Assembly: GCA_964276015.1 (NCBI GenBank)
Contig: CAXYDO010000001.1
Location: 74,627-138,626, forward strand
Direction: 5' to 3'
Source: an uncultured Alphaproteobacteria bacterium
GTDB lineage: Bacteria > Pseudomonadota > Alphaproteobacteria > UBA6615
DNA length: 64,000 nt
Positions 41,282 to 51,682 of this stretch are shown here, in pieces. Position 1 is the stretch's first letter. Every line of letters begins with the position of its first letter. The notes under the pieces were generated by a model. The model was not told the origin of the DNA. It worked only from the letters and a program-made list of their open reading frames with translations, and searched no databases. A program made the position numbers and the translations under genes.

Positions 41282-42438
41282 TGCGGGTCGCGTTTTATGC
41301 TCCGATGAAGCCCCCCGACCACCCGGTTCCCTCGGGCGACCGGCATCTTGCCCGCTTGCTAATGACCGCGCTACGCCATAGTGGCCACACCCCGGAACTG
41401 ATCTCCCGCTTCGTCAGTCGCGATGGCGCCGGCGACCCGGACCGGCAAGCCCGGCTGCAAGGGCTCGGCGACAAGCTGGTCGACCGCCTCACCCGGCAAC
41501 TGGCCGCCCGGCCGCTCGAGCAACGCCCGAAAGCCTGGCTGACCTATCACCTCTATCACAAAGCCCCGGACTGGCTCGGGCCGCGAATCGCGGATGCTTT
41601 TCACATTCCCTATATCGTGGTCGAAGCTTCTTCAGCGCCGAAGCGCGCGGGCGGGCCCTGGGATATCGGCTATCAGGGCGCCAATGCGGCGATCGCACGC
41701 GCCGATGCCATCCTCACCCTCAACAGCGACGATTGGGACTGCTTGCAGCCGGTCCTGCGCGAACCGGTGCTGCACCGACGCCTGCTACCCTTCGTGGACG
41801 CCGCTCCATTCACAAAATCCCGGACGCGCCGCACCAATCTGCGGGACTGGTTCGCAGCCCGGGGCGGCTGGGACCCCGATACTGTCCTGTTACTCGCCGT
41901 GGGCATGATGCGGCCGGGCGCCAAGGAAAAGTCATACGCCGTGTTGGCCGAAGCGCTGACCCAGCTCTCCCGAACGAACTGGCATCTTTTGGTGGCGGGT
42001 GACGGACCCCAGCGCGACGCGATCACCGCGCAGCTGAACAACGCCGCGCCGGGGCGGGTCACCTTTCTTGGCACCCTCGATGAACCCGCGCTCACTGAAG
42101 CTTATACGGCCAGTGACATGCTGGTCTGGCCAGCCATCGACGAAGCCATCGGCATCGCTTTGCTGGAGGCCCAAGCCGCCGGGCTGCCTGTGGTCGCGGG
42201 CAAACAGCGCGGCGTTCCCGATATCATCGCCTCTGGGATCACCGGCCTGCTGCCCAAGCCCGGGGATGCCACCGCCTTCGCCCAGGCCCTGCAGCGGCTG
42301 ATCGACGATCCCGAGGCCCGCACCCGCATGGGCGAAGCCGCTTCCCGCCGGGTACTTGAACAATTCGATGTGCCGGTCGCTGCCGAACGCCTCGACGCCA
42401 CTTTGAAAACCGTCGCTTCTGTGGTCCGCGCCTCATGA
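41282..42438 (+). CDS. Glycosyltransferase family 4 (GT4)
   Basis: MRVAFYAPMKPPDHPVPSGDRHLARL N-terminus and a GT4 C-terminal region (EAQAAGLPVVAGKQRGVPDII). The track ORF start lies inside the upstream gene. Confidence 0.75.
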
Positions 42439-43022
42439 CCCGGCTGGTGTTTTTACGGCACGGCCTGACCGACTGGAACGTCGCGCGGCGGATGCAGGGC
42501 CACAAGGATATCCCGATCAATGACGACGGTCGGGACATGGTCGGGGTTTGGCGATTACCCCCCGACCTGGCCGACGCGAAAATCATTTCCAGCCCGCTGA
42601 TCCGGTGCATCGAAACCGCAGAAATCCTCAAATTAGCCCACCCCGAACTGGGCCCGATCGAAACCGACAAGCGGTTGATGGAGAAATCCTGGGGCATCTG
42701 GGAAGGGCGTGACCTGCACGAGATGGAGGCCGCCGTGGGCCCCGAAATCCACAGCGCAGACCACCGGCCCGAAAACGGTGAAAGCCGCCGGGACATGCTC
42801 GGACGGATCGGGGCGTTTCTGGCAGACGCGGCCCAAAGCGAGGCCCCCCGGATCGTCATCGCCCATCGCGGGGTGATCCGCACCGTCTACGGAATCGCCA
42901 CCGGCTGGGACTTGACCGGTGAAACCCCCGACGAGATGTCCCGACGACGGGCGCAGGTCTTCCGCGCAGCCCCGGACGGCACCGCGCAGATCGAACAACT
43001 CAACCTGCCCCTCAACGGTTGA
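42435..43022 (+). CDS. Histidine phosphatase superfamily protein (phosphoglycerate mutase/CobC-like)
   Basis: LVFLRHGLTDWN catalytic RHG motif; 195 aa. ATGA overlap with the upstream gene. Confidence 0.8.
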   Translation: MTRLVFLRHGLTDWNVARRMQGHKDIPINDDGRDMVGVWRLPPDLADAKIISSPLIRCIETAEILKLAHPELGPIETDKRLMEKSWGIWEGRDLHEMEAAVGPEIHSADHRPENGESRRDMLGRIGAFLADAAQSEAPRIVIAHRGVIRTVYGIATGWDLTGETPDEMSRRRAQVFRAAPDGTAQIEQLNLPLNG

Positions 43023-43041
43023 GCACAGGCAGCCCAGACCC

Positions 43042-44253
43042 ATGACCCAGCGCCCCAAAGTCTTCTTCTATGTGCAGCATCTGCTCGGTATCGGTCACCT
43101 GATGCGCGCCGGTGTCCTGACCCGCGCGATGGAATCCGCCGGGCTCGAGGTCACGCTCGTATCGGGGGGCGCCCCGGTCCCGGGATTCCAATCCGGCGCG
43201 AGCCACTTCGAACAACTGCCCCCGACCCGGGCCACAGACAAGTTTTTCAAGGTCCTGGTCGATGCGGATGATCGTCAGATCGACGATGCCTGGAAGGCCG
43301 GGCGCCGGGCGCGGTTGGTCGACGCCTTTGAACGCGTCCAGCACGACATTCTCATGATCGAATTGTTTCCGTTCGGGCGTCGCCAGATGCGGTTCGAACT
43401 CGAGCCCTTGCTCGACGCCGCGCAGGCCCGCGGATCAGACCGCCCGCTCATTGTTTCTTCCGTGCGCGACATCCTGGTCGAGCCCGGCAAGCCCGAGCGG
43501 ATCGACGAAATGGTCAGCCGCACCCGCACCTATTTCGACATGGTGCTGATTCACGGTGACGCGACCTTCATTTCCTTCGACGCGACGTTTCCCCGTATGG
43601 CAGAGATCGCCGACCTGTCGCACTACACAGGCTATGTAGCCGACCCGGCAGCATCCCGCGACGAAAACGGACCGGGCGCGGGAGAAGTGATCGTCTCCAC
43701 CGGCGGCGGTGCGGTCAGTGACGATATGCTGCAGGCCACCCTCGATGCGCGCGGACTTTCACCCCTTGCCAACACCCCCTGGCGCGTCCTGATCGGCCAC
43801 AACCTTCCCGAAGCCGAATTTACCGCTTATCGGAAAAACGTCCCAAACGGCGTCACGGTCGAGCGCGCCCGACCAGACTTCCCCGAACTGTTGGCCAATT
43901 GCGCGCTCTCAATATCCCAGGGCGGCTACAACACGGTGATGGAATTGCTGGCGGCGGGCACCCGCGCGGTCTGCATTCCCTACGCCGGCGGCCTCGAAAG
44001 TGAACAAACCCTGCGCTGCGGGCTACTAGCCGAAAAAGGTGCACTCGAAATTGTCGACTCCGACGCGGTCACCGCAGCAAATGTTGCCGCCGCAATCACC
44101 CGCGCGATGGCCCGTCCCGATCAATTTTCTGTGCCTGTAGACATGGCCGGCGCCCCAAAAACCGCCGCGATGCTTCACTCGGCACTGAATAAACATCGAA
44201 AAGCCGATTTTGGGGCCGAAACTGACGAAATCGTAGTTAACCCCGAGCCCTGA
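43042..44253 (+). CDS. GT-B fold glycosyltransferase, paralogue of 38748-40007
   Basis: VFFYVQHLLGIGHLMRAGVLTRAM N-terminus and a C-terminal GGYNTVMELL region. ATG at 43042. Confidence 0.7.
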   Translation: MTQRPKVFFYVQHLLGIGHLMRAGVLTRAMESAGLEVTLVSGGAPVPGFQSGASHFEQLPPTRATDKFFKVLVDADDRQIDDAWKAGRRARLVDAFERVQHDILMIELFPFGRRQMRFELEPLLDAAQARGSDRPLIVSSVRDILVEPGKPERIDEMVSRTRTYFDMVLIHGDATFISFDATFPRMAEIADLSHYTGYVADPAASRDENGPGAGEVIVSTGGGAVSDDMLQATLDARGLSPLANTPWRVLIGHNLPEAEFTAYRKNVPNGVTVERARPDFPELLANCALSISQGGYNTVMELLAAGTRAVCIPYAGGLESEQTLRCGLLAEKGALEIVDSDAVTAANVAAAITRAMARPDQFSVPVDMAGAPKTAAMLHSALNKHRKADFGAETDEIVVNPEP

Positions 44254-44326
44254 TCCGGCTAGTGTGAACACAACAAGGTGATCTGGGTTTAGGGGCTCGG
44301 ATACGCAGGGAGAGCTGTACGGACCC

Positions 44327-45136
44327 ATGGCCTTGGCGATGACCAAAGGCGCGCTTCAGCCAGAAACGGCATGGGAAGCCCTCACGCGCGAGCTCGACCT
44401 CTGGGAGGAGGACGGGCGCACTGCCACATTCTGGTGGCGCGACGACGATGCGGCGGACCACACGGACGCGCTCAATGAATTGCTGCTCTTGCGCACCGCC
44501 CTCGGCGTACCGCTCGCGCTTGCCGTTATTCCGGCCACCGCGACGTCTGAACTTCGTGCCGCGCTGGACCAGGGCAACGCGATCGCCGTGCTCCAGCATG
44601 GGTATTCCCACACCAATTTCGCCGGCCCCGACGACCGCAAGATCGAGCTCGACGGCAGTCGGCCCGCCACCTATGTGATCGGTGATCTGGCGACCGGGTT
44701 GCAGGCGATGGAACGCTTTGCCGGGTTTGTCCCGGTGATAGTGCCCCCCTGGAACCGCATCGCGCCGCATTTGATTCCGTTCCTGCCCGAACTCGGGTTT
44801 CGCGGCCTCAGCACTCTCGGACCCCGCAACCGGCCCTCGCCGATTGCCGGTCTGAACGCGAATAATGTCCATCTGGACGTGATCGACTGGCGGGGGCATG
44901 CGACCGGCACCGCCGGTGGCTTCCGCGGCGGCGAAGCCATCCTGGCCGACGCGGTGGCCCATCTCGAAGCACGGCGCACCGGCGCGGTAGACGCCGACGA
45001 AGCCACCGGCCTCATGACCCATCACGCGGTTATGAAAACGGATTCGAAAGAGTTTGTGCGCCAGTTTGTTGACCACACCAACCAACACCCGGCGAGCCAA
45101 TGGTTATCCGCCGAGGAAGTCTTTCCCACCCCATGA
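44327..45136 (+). CDS. Putative polysaccharide deacetylase-like protein (divergent NodB-type)
   Basis: FWWRDDDAADHTD ...VLQHGYSHTNF resembles the Asp-Asp and His-x-x-x-His metal-binding motifs of CE4 deacetylases. Family membership is inferred from these motifs only. Confidence 0.4.
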   Translation: MALAMTKGALQPETAWEALTRELDLWEEDGRTATFWWRDDDAADHTDALNELLLLRTALGVPLALAVIPATATSELRAALDQGNAIAVLQHGYSHTNFAGPDDRKIELDGSRPATYVIGDLATGLQAMERFAGFVPVIVPPWNRIAPHLIPFLPELGFRGLSTLGPRNRPSPIAGLNANNVHLDVIDWRGHATGTAGGFRGGEAILADAVAHLEARRTGAVDADEATGLMTHHAVMKTDSKEFVRQFVDHTNQHPASQWLSAEEVFPTP

Positions 45137-45687
45137 GCACGCACCGTTATCATCGCCGCGATCTGAACGCGGATTTGTTGCGCGCCGGACTGGGCAGCGC
45201 GGCCTGCATCACGCCGTTATTCCTCCTCGAGCCTGGTGCCATCGCCAGCTATGTGCTGGCCGTGCCCGCCGCGTTCTTTATTCTTTTTGGATTGCGCACC
45301 TGGGCCCATGGCCACACCCGGGTCACTCTGGACGACAGCGGCGTCGTGATCAACGGCTGGACCGCGTCTCGTCTTTCATGGCGCGATTTGGAAACCCTGA
45401 AGCTTTCCTATTTTTCGACCCGCCGCGATCGTGAGGCCGGCTGGATGCATCTCACCCTGCGGGGAGCCGGCACCAAGTTGAGCATCCATTCGAACCTCAA
45501 AGGGTTCGAAGACGTCTGCCGGCAGGCGCTGCGCGCCGCCCAGACCCACGACGTGGAATTATCAGATGCCACGGCGCGTAATTTTGCCGCCCTGGGTATG
45601 GGCAGCACGGGCGAGTTGGCCCCTCCCATTGATACAACCCCGGCCGCGCTGACCGGCTGGGGCAACCCGGCGGATTGGCGGCGATGA
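45133..45687 (+). CDS. Membrane-anchored bacterial PH-like domain protein (hypothetical)
   Basis: Two N-terminal TM helices then a soluble domain. ATGA overlap with the upstream gene. No confident family assignment. Confidence 0.4.
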   Translation: MSTHRYHRRDLNADLLRAGLGSAACITPLFLLEPGAIASYVLAVPAAFFILFGLRTWAHGHTRVTLDDSGVVINGWTASRLSWRDLETLKLSYFSTRRDREAGWMHLTLRGAGTKLSIHSNLKGFEDVCRQALRAAQTHDVELSDATARNFAALGMGSTGELAPPIDTTPAALTGWGNPADWRR

Positions 45688-47572
45688 AAGATCTTTTGAG
45701 TGTACGCGACCTGAAGGTCGAGTTCACTGTCCACGGCGAGCAGATTCGTGCTGTTGACGGCGTCTCGTTCCGCATTCGTCCCGGCAGAACCACCGCTCTG
45801 GTCGGTGAATCCGGCTCGGGAAAATCGGTTTGCAGCCAGGCGATCATGGGAATTCTCCCCAATATCGGATCTGTGGCTGGCGGGGAAATCCTGTTTACCG
45901 ACCCGAATGGCGACGGTGAAACCATTGACCTGGCCAAGCTCGATCGGGACGGCCCAAAGCTGCGGTCGATCCGTGGCGGCCGGGTGTCGATGATCTTCCA
46001 GGAGCCCATGACATCGCTATCGCCCCTGCACACGATCGGCGATCAGATTTCCGAAGCCCTGCATCTGCACCGCAAAGTGAACAAGCCAGCGGGCCGGGAA
46101 TTGTCGACCGACATGCTGCGTCTGGTTGGGTTTCCCGATCCCGCACGGGCCATGAAAACCTATCCGTTCGAACTTTCAGGCGGGCTCCGTCAGCGGGCCA
46201 TGATCGCCATGGCGCTGGTCTGCCGACCGGCTCTGCTCATTGCCGACGAGCCGACCACCGCCCTCGATGTGACAATCCAGGCCCAAATTCTCAAGCTGAT
46301 CAAGGATTTGCAATCCGAGCTGCACATGGCCGTGCTGATGATCACCCATGATCTCGGCGTGGTCGCGAATGTGGCCGAGGAAGTCGTGGTGATGTTCCGC
46401 GGCAAAGTCATGGAAAGCGGCAGCCTCGAAGCGGTCTATCAGAACCCGGGGCATCCCTATCTGAAGGCTCTTTTGAACGCTGTCCCCCGGTTCGAACTCA
46501 AGGAAGGCGAACGACTTGTCCCCCTGCGCGAGATCAAGGCAGAGACCGGCAATATGCTCAAGCCGGACGCCGACCGTGCGCGCACCAAAACCGACGGGCC
46601 GGTCCTGCGCGTCGAAAATCTGTCAAAGAGCTTCACGATCCGAAAAGGAAGCTATTTCGGCTCCCAGGAATCACGTGAGGTTCTGGCTGTCGACGATGTC
46701 AGTTTCGAGATTGCCCCCGGCGAATGCCTCGGGCTGGTGGGCGAGTCTGGCTGTGGCAAAACAACCACCTCCAAACTGATCATGCGCGCCCTGAGTACCG
46801 ATACCGGCACGGTGACCTTCTTCGAAGGCGGCCAGCCCGTTAACGTGCTGGCTCTTCAGGGGCGCGAGCTCAAGGATTTCCGCCGCCGGGTCCAGTTCAT
46901 GTTCCAGGACCCGTTCGGATCGCTGAACCCGCGCATGACCGTGTTCGATATCATTTCCGAACCGCTTATCATCCACAAGATAGGGACAGCGCAAACCCGC
47001 GCAGACGCCGTACGCGAATTGATGCGGCTGGTTGGCCTCGACCCGCGCTTCCTCAATCGCTACCCGCACAGCTTCTCCGGCGGGCAGCGCCAGCGCATCG
47101 GCATCGCCCGCGCTTTGGCTCTGAAGCCTGACGTGCTGATTTGCGACGAACCGGTCAGCGCGCTCGATGTCTCGATTCAGGCTCAGATCCTGAACCTGCT
47201 GAAGGGACCTGCAATCCGAGCTCGGGGCTGACCTATCTGTTCATCAGTCACAATCTGGCGGTTGTCGACTATATCGCCGACCGGATCGCCGTCATGTGCG
47301 CCGGGCGCCTCGTCGAAATGGCGCCAAGCAAAACCCTGTTCCGCAATCCGGCCCATCCCTACACACAGGCATTGTTGTCGGCGGTGCCCGAACCCAATAT
47401 CGAACGCAAGCTCGATCTGAGCTTGTTGATGGCGGACCGTGCGTCCGACCCGGCCAGCTGGCCTGCCCCCTTTACCATCGACGCCGATAGCCGCCCGCGG
47501 CTTGTCGAACTCGGCGATGGCCATTTTGTTCGCGCCGATCCCGATCGCGGCGCACTCCCGGAGGTCGCGTGA
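45684..47572 (+). pseudogene. Fused double-NBD ABC ATPase of a peptide/opine/nickel-type importer (DppD-DppF fusion), interrupted by a +1 frameshift near 47204
   Basis: NBD1 has Walker A, signature and Walker B intact ([28 protein letters not shown]) and NBD2 does too ([27 protein letters not shown]). Frame 1 stops at 47231 (..[13 protein letters not shown]). The true continuation [19 protein letters not shown]... is in the next frame. An extra G in AAGGGA at 47201-47206 explains the break. Confidence 0.75.
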
Positions 47573-47573
47573 C

Positions 47574-49474
47574 ATGAATTCCAGGCACACTCTTGCCATC
47601 CTCGGTCTCACCACAATTCTGGCGCTACCAACCGGAGCCGCGCAGGGCTTTGAACAGGCACCCATGCTGGCTGCCGAAGTCGAAGCCGGCAAATTGCCCC
47701 CCCTCGACCAACGCCTGCCGCAGCCGCCGCGGGTGGTCGAGACCGAATCCCTTGGTACGTATGGCGGCGATCTTCGGATCGCCATGGCCCGGTCCCCGCG
47801 ACACCCGCCTGATGACGGTTTACGGCTATGCCCGGCTGGTCGGTTACGACCAATCCTACAATCTGGTCGCCGACATTCTGGAGTCCTTCCACAGCGAGGA
47901 CGACAAGGTTTTCACCCTGACCCTGCGTGCGGGACACAAATGGTCCGACGGACATCCATTCACGACGGAGGATTTCCGTTACTGGTGGGATGACGTCGCC
48001 AACAATATCGATCTGGCACCCCTGGGGCCGCCGGTCCTGCTCAAAGTGGATGGCGAAGTCGCCAAGGTCGAGATCCTCGACGCGCGCACGATCCGCTACA
48101 GCTGGACGAAGCCAAATCCATTTTTTCTGCCCGCCCTGGCTGGCCCAAGTCCGCCCTTTCTGTTCCGGCCTGCGCATTTCCTGAAACAGTTCCACGAGAA
48201 ATATGCCGAGCCCGAAGCTCTTGCCGCATTCATCAAGAAGCGGCGCATGCGGGGCTGGGCGCCGCTACACAACAGCCAGGATAATCTCTACGACCTCGAC
48301 AACCCGAAACTGCCGACCCTTCAGCCTTGGCAGAACACAGTGCGCCCGCCGGCGCAGCAGTTTGTGTTCGTGCGCAACCCGTATTTCCACCGGGTCGACA
48401 CGGCAGGAAACCAGCTGCCTTATATCAACCGCGTATTAATGAATATTTCCGACGGCAAGCTGATCCCCGCGAAGGTCAGCGCCGGAGAGATCGACCTGCA
48501 GGCCCGCAGCCTGTTCATGAGCCATTTCACTTTCCTGAAGCGGGCGGAGAAGAAGGAAACCTTTAAAACCCGGCTTTGGGATACGGCGACAGGCGCCCGG
48601 ATCGCGATCTACCCGAACATGCATGTGGCCGACCTGGAATGGCGCAAACTGTTCCGCAACCGTGACTTCCGCCATGCGCTCAGCCTTGCGATTGATCGCG
48701 AGGAAATCAACGAAGTAATTTATTTCGGCCTCGCCGAGGCGTCCAACAACACCGTCCTGGCCCGCAGCCCCTTGTTCAAGGACAAGTACCGAGACGCCTG
48801 GGCGCGGCTGGATATCAACAAAGCCAACGCGTTGCTCGACGGGCTCGGGCTCGACAAGCGCGACGGCGATGTCCGCCTGCTTCCTGACGGGCGCCGCATG
48901 GAGATCGTAGTCGAGACTGCCGGCGAAGAAACCGAGCAGACCGACGTTCTGGAGTTGGTCCACGACACATGGTTGGAGATCGGCATCAAGATTTTCACCC
49001 GGCCGTCCCAGCGCGAAGTATTCCGCAACCGGATTTTCTCTGGCGAAACCCAGATGTGGCGTCTGGTCTGGCGTCAACAACGGGATCGTCACTGCTAATA
49101 TGAGCCCGGCCGAATTCGTGCCAACCCAGCAGGTCCAGTACCAGTGGCCCAAATGGGGACAGTATTTTGAGACCGGCGGCAAAGCTGGCGCCCCGATTGA
49201 TATGCCCGCTGCGATCGAACTTTTCGACCTATTCAAGAACTGGCAGGTCGCCCAGTCAGAAGCCGAGAGAAACACAATCTGGGAACGCATTCTCGACATC
49301 AATGCCGAGGAAACGTTCACCATTGGTGTTGTCTGCTGCACCAAACAGCCCGTTGTCGTGGCCGATGCCCTGCGCAATGTGCCCGGCGAGGCCATCTATG
49401 CCTGGGACCCCGGTGCGCATTTCGGCATTTACCTGCCTGACACGTTCTATTTCGACGACGCTGCGAGCCGCTAG
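47574..49474 (+). pseudogene. Family-5 (peptide/nickel) ABC substrate-binding protein, split across three frames by two single-base indels (about 47797 and about 49060)
   Basis: Signal peptide MNSRHTLAILGLTTILALPTGAAQG. After the TCCCCGCG run at 47793-47800 the conserved DTRLMTVYGYARLV continues in the +1 frame, which requires one missing base. The C-terminal conserved block WSGVNNGIVTANMSPAEF...QWPKWGQ is displaced again at ATGTGGCGTCTGG (about 49056-49066), which requires one extra base. Confidence 0.75.
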
Positions 49475-49477
49475 ACA

Positions 49478-50476
49478 ATGCTGCGCTATATTGCCCATCG
49501 CCTGCTCTTAATGATCCCGACCCTGCTCGCGGTGAGCGCGATCGTGTTCCTTATTATTCAGCTGCCCCCCGGGGACTATCTGGAAACCCTGATCGCAGAA
49601 ATGCAGTCCCGGGGAGAGGCCGTCGACAAGAACCAGATCGAGGCGCTACGCAGTGCCTATGGTCTCGATAAGTCGGCCATCGAACAATACTTCACGTGGT
49701 TGTTCGGCTTGCTCCAGGGCGATTTTGGGTGGTCGTTTGAACATAACCGTCCGGTGTCCGAGCTGATCGGACAGCGCATCCTCCTGACCTTCGTGGTAAC
49801 CTTCTCCACCATCCTGTTCATCTGGGTGGTGAGCTTCACCATCGGCACTTATGTCGCCACCCGCCAGTACAGCGTGCCCGACCACATCGCGACCCTGATC
49901 GGCTATCTTGGCCTGGCCACACCAAATTTCTTGCTCGCCCTTGTGCTGATGTATTTCGCCAACCAATGGTTCGACACGTCGATCGGCGGGATCATGGATG
50001 ACAAATACCGCAACCAGCCCTGGTCCCTCGACAAGATGTTCTCGGTGCTCGAGCATCTCTGGATTCCCGTGATCGTGATCGGCACCTCCGGCACCGCCGG
50101 GATGATCCGCCGCCTGCGCGCTAATCTTCTCGACGAATTACAGAAACAATATGTGGTGACCGGCCGCGCCAAAGGGCTCCACCCGCGCAAGCTGCTCTGG
50201 AAGTACCCGTTGCGCGTTGCGCTCAACCCCTTCATCGCCGATATCGGGTCGATCCTGCCCGAGGTGATCTCCGGCTCCGCCGTGGTTGCCGTGGTCCTCA
50301 ATCTCGATATTACCGGTCGTATGTTGCTCGACGCACTGCGCGCCCAGGACATGTTCCTCGCCGGGTCGTTCCTGATGTTGCTCTCCACGCTGGTGGTGGT
50401 CGGCACCCTGGCGTCGGATCTCGCGCTAGCCGCACTCGATCCCCGAATACGTCTCAGCGGGGGGGCAACCCGATGA
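49478..50476 (+). CDS. ABC transporter permease (DppB/OppB-like)
   Basis: 332 aa, six TM helices, an N-terminal MLRYIAHRLLLMIPTLL motif and an EAA-like loop. Intact. Confidence 0.85.
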   Translation: MLRYIAHRLLLMIPTLLAVSAIVFLIIQLPPGDYLETLIAEMQSRGEAVDKNQIEALRSAYGLDKSAIEQYFTWLFGLLQGDFGWSFEHNRPVSELIGQRILLTFVVTFSTILFIWVVSFTIGTYVATRQYSVPDHIATLIGYLGLATPNFLLALVLMYFANQWFDTSIGGIMDDKYRNQPWSLDKMFSVLEHLWIPVIVIGTSGTAGMIRRLRANLLDELQKQYVVTGRAKGLHPRKLLWKYPLRVALNPFIADIGSILPEVISGSAVVAVVLNLDITGRMLLDALRAQDMFLAGSFLMLLSTLVVVGTLASDLALAALDPRIRLSGGATR

Positions 50477-51678
50477 CCGACCCCAAAGACCCTGATCTGC
50501 CAACGACACCCCCGGACGACATCCCGCATTTCGTGTCTGAGGAACCCTTTGACCCGGATGTCGAAGTCGTACTGACTGAGGAGCAGGAAAAATACTACAT
50601 GGCGTCCCAGTGGCGGCTGATGTGGTGGAAGCTCAAGCGCCACAAGATCGCAGTCGCGGCCGGCTTTTTCCTGATCGCAATGTATCTGGTTGCCACGTTT
50701 GCCGAACTCTTCGCCCCCTACGAACTGCAACACCGCGACGTGCGCCACACTTTTGCGCCTCCGCAAGGCATCCACCTGTTCCGTGAAGGCGCGCTGGTGG
50801 GCCCGTTTGTCTATGGCTACACGTCCAAGCGCGACCCCGAAACCCTGCAGAAAATTTACACCCCGGATCCGGACAAGGTGCACCGCCTGCGCTTCTTCTG
50901 TTCCGGCGGCTATAAGGGTTCAGAGTACAAATTCTGGGGCCTGTTCAAGGGCGACTTCCACTTCATCTGTCCGCAAGGCACCCGCCAGCCGGTCTTCCTT
51001 CTCGGCACCGATCGACTGGGTCGTGATATGTTCTCGCGGATTCTTTATGGCTCGCGAATTTCGCTCACCATCGGTCTGATCGGTATCATCCTGAGTTTCA
51101 CACTGGGGATCGGGATCGGCGGGATTGCCGGCTTCTACGGCGGCTGGGTCGATAATGCGGTCCAGCGCGTCATCGAAATCCTGAAGTCTTTTCCGCGATT
51201 ACCGCTCTGGATGGCCCTGTCGGCCTCCCTCCCGGCCAAGTGGTCGCCGATCTATATCTATTTTGGTATCACGATGATTCTGGCCCTGCTGGATTGGCCA
51301 TCGCTGGCCCGCGCCGTGCGTTCAAAGCTGCTCTCCTTGCGGGAGGAAGATTTTGCTGTCGCAGCCAGCCTGATGGGGGCCAACACCAAACGCATCATCG
51401 GAAAACATCTGGTGCCGAGTTTCGCCAGCCACCTGATCGCGTCGGCCAGTCTTGCTATCCCCGAAATGATCCTCGGGGAAACCGCCCTGAGCTTCCTCGG
51501 ATTGGGCCTGCGCCCGCCGGTGACAAGCTGGGGAGTCTTGCTCAACGAAGCCCAGAATATTCAAGTGGTGGTACTTTACCCGTGGCTGATGGCGCCGATG
51601 ATCCCGGTTATTCTGGTCATCCTGGCCTTCAATTTTCTCGGCGACGGACTGCGCGACGCGGCAGATCCCTACAAGTAG
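50473..51678 (+). CDS. ABC transporter permease (DppC/OppC-like) with an acidic N-terminal extension
   Basis: 401 aa. ATGA overlap with the upstream permease. The DppC-like core has an EAA loop. Intact. Confidence 0.85.
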   Translation: MTDPKDPDLPTTPPDDIPHFVSEEPFDPDVEVVLTEEQEKYYMASQWRLMWWKLKRHKIAVAAGFFLIAMYLVATFAELFAPYELQHRDVRHTFAPPQGIHLFREGALVGPFVYGYTSKRDPETLQKIYTPDPDKVHRLRFFCSGGYKGSEYKFWGLFKGDFHFICPQGTRQPVFLLGTDRLGRDMFSRILYGSRISLTIGLIGIILSFTLGIGIGGIAGFYGGWVDNAVQRVIEILKSFPRLPLWMALSASLPAKWSPIYIYFGITMILALLDWPSLARAVRSKLLSLREEDFAVAASLMGANTKRIIGKHLVPSFASHLIASASLAIPEMILGETALSFLGLGLRPPVTSWGVLLNEAQNIQVVVLYPWLMAPMIPVILVILAFNFLGDGLRDAADPYK

Positions 51679-51682
51679 GAAC

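Noticed and set aside
47141-47572. The track ORF treated as a separate small ABC-related gene
   Set aside because: It is the C-terminal continuation, comprising the NBD2 end and the oligopeptide-ABC C-terminal domain, of the fused ATPase gene after the frameshift at about 47204.
49100-49474. The 124-aa track ORF taken as an independent gene
   Set aside because: It carries the conserved C-terminal block of family-5 substrate-binding proteins (MSPAEF...QWPKWGQ) and is the displaced tail of the SBP gene.
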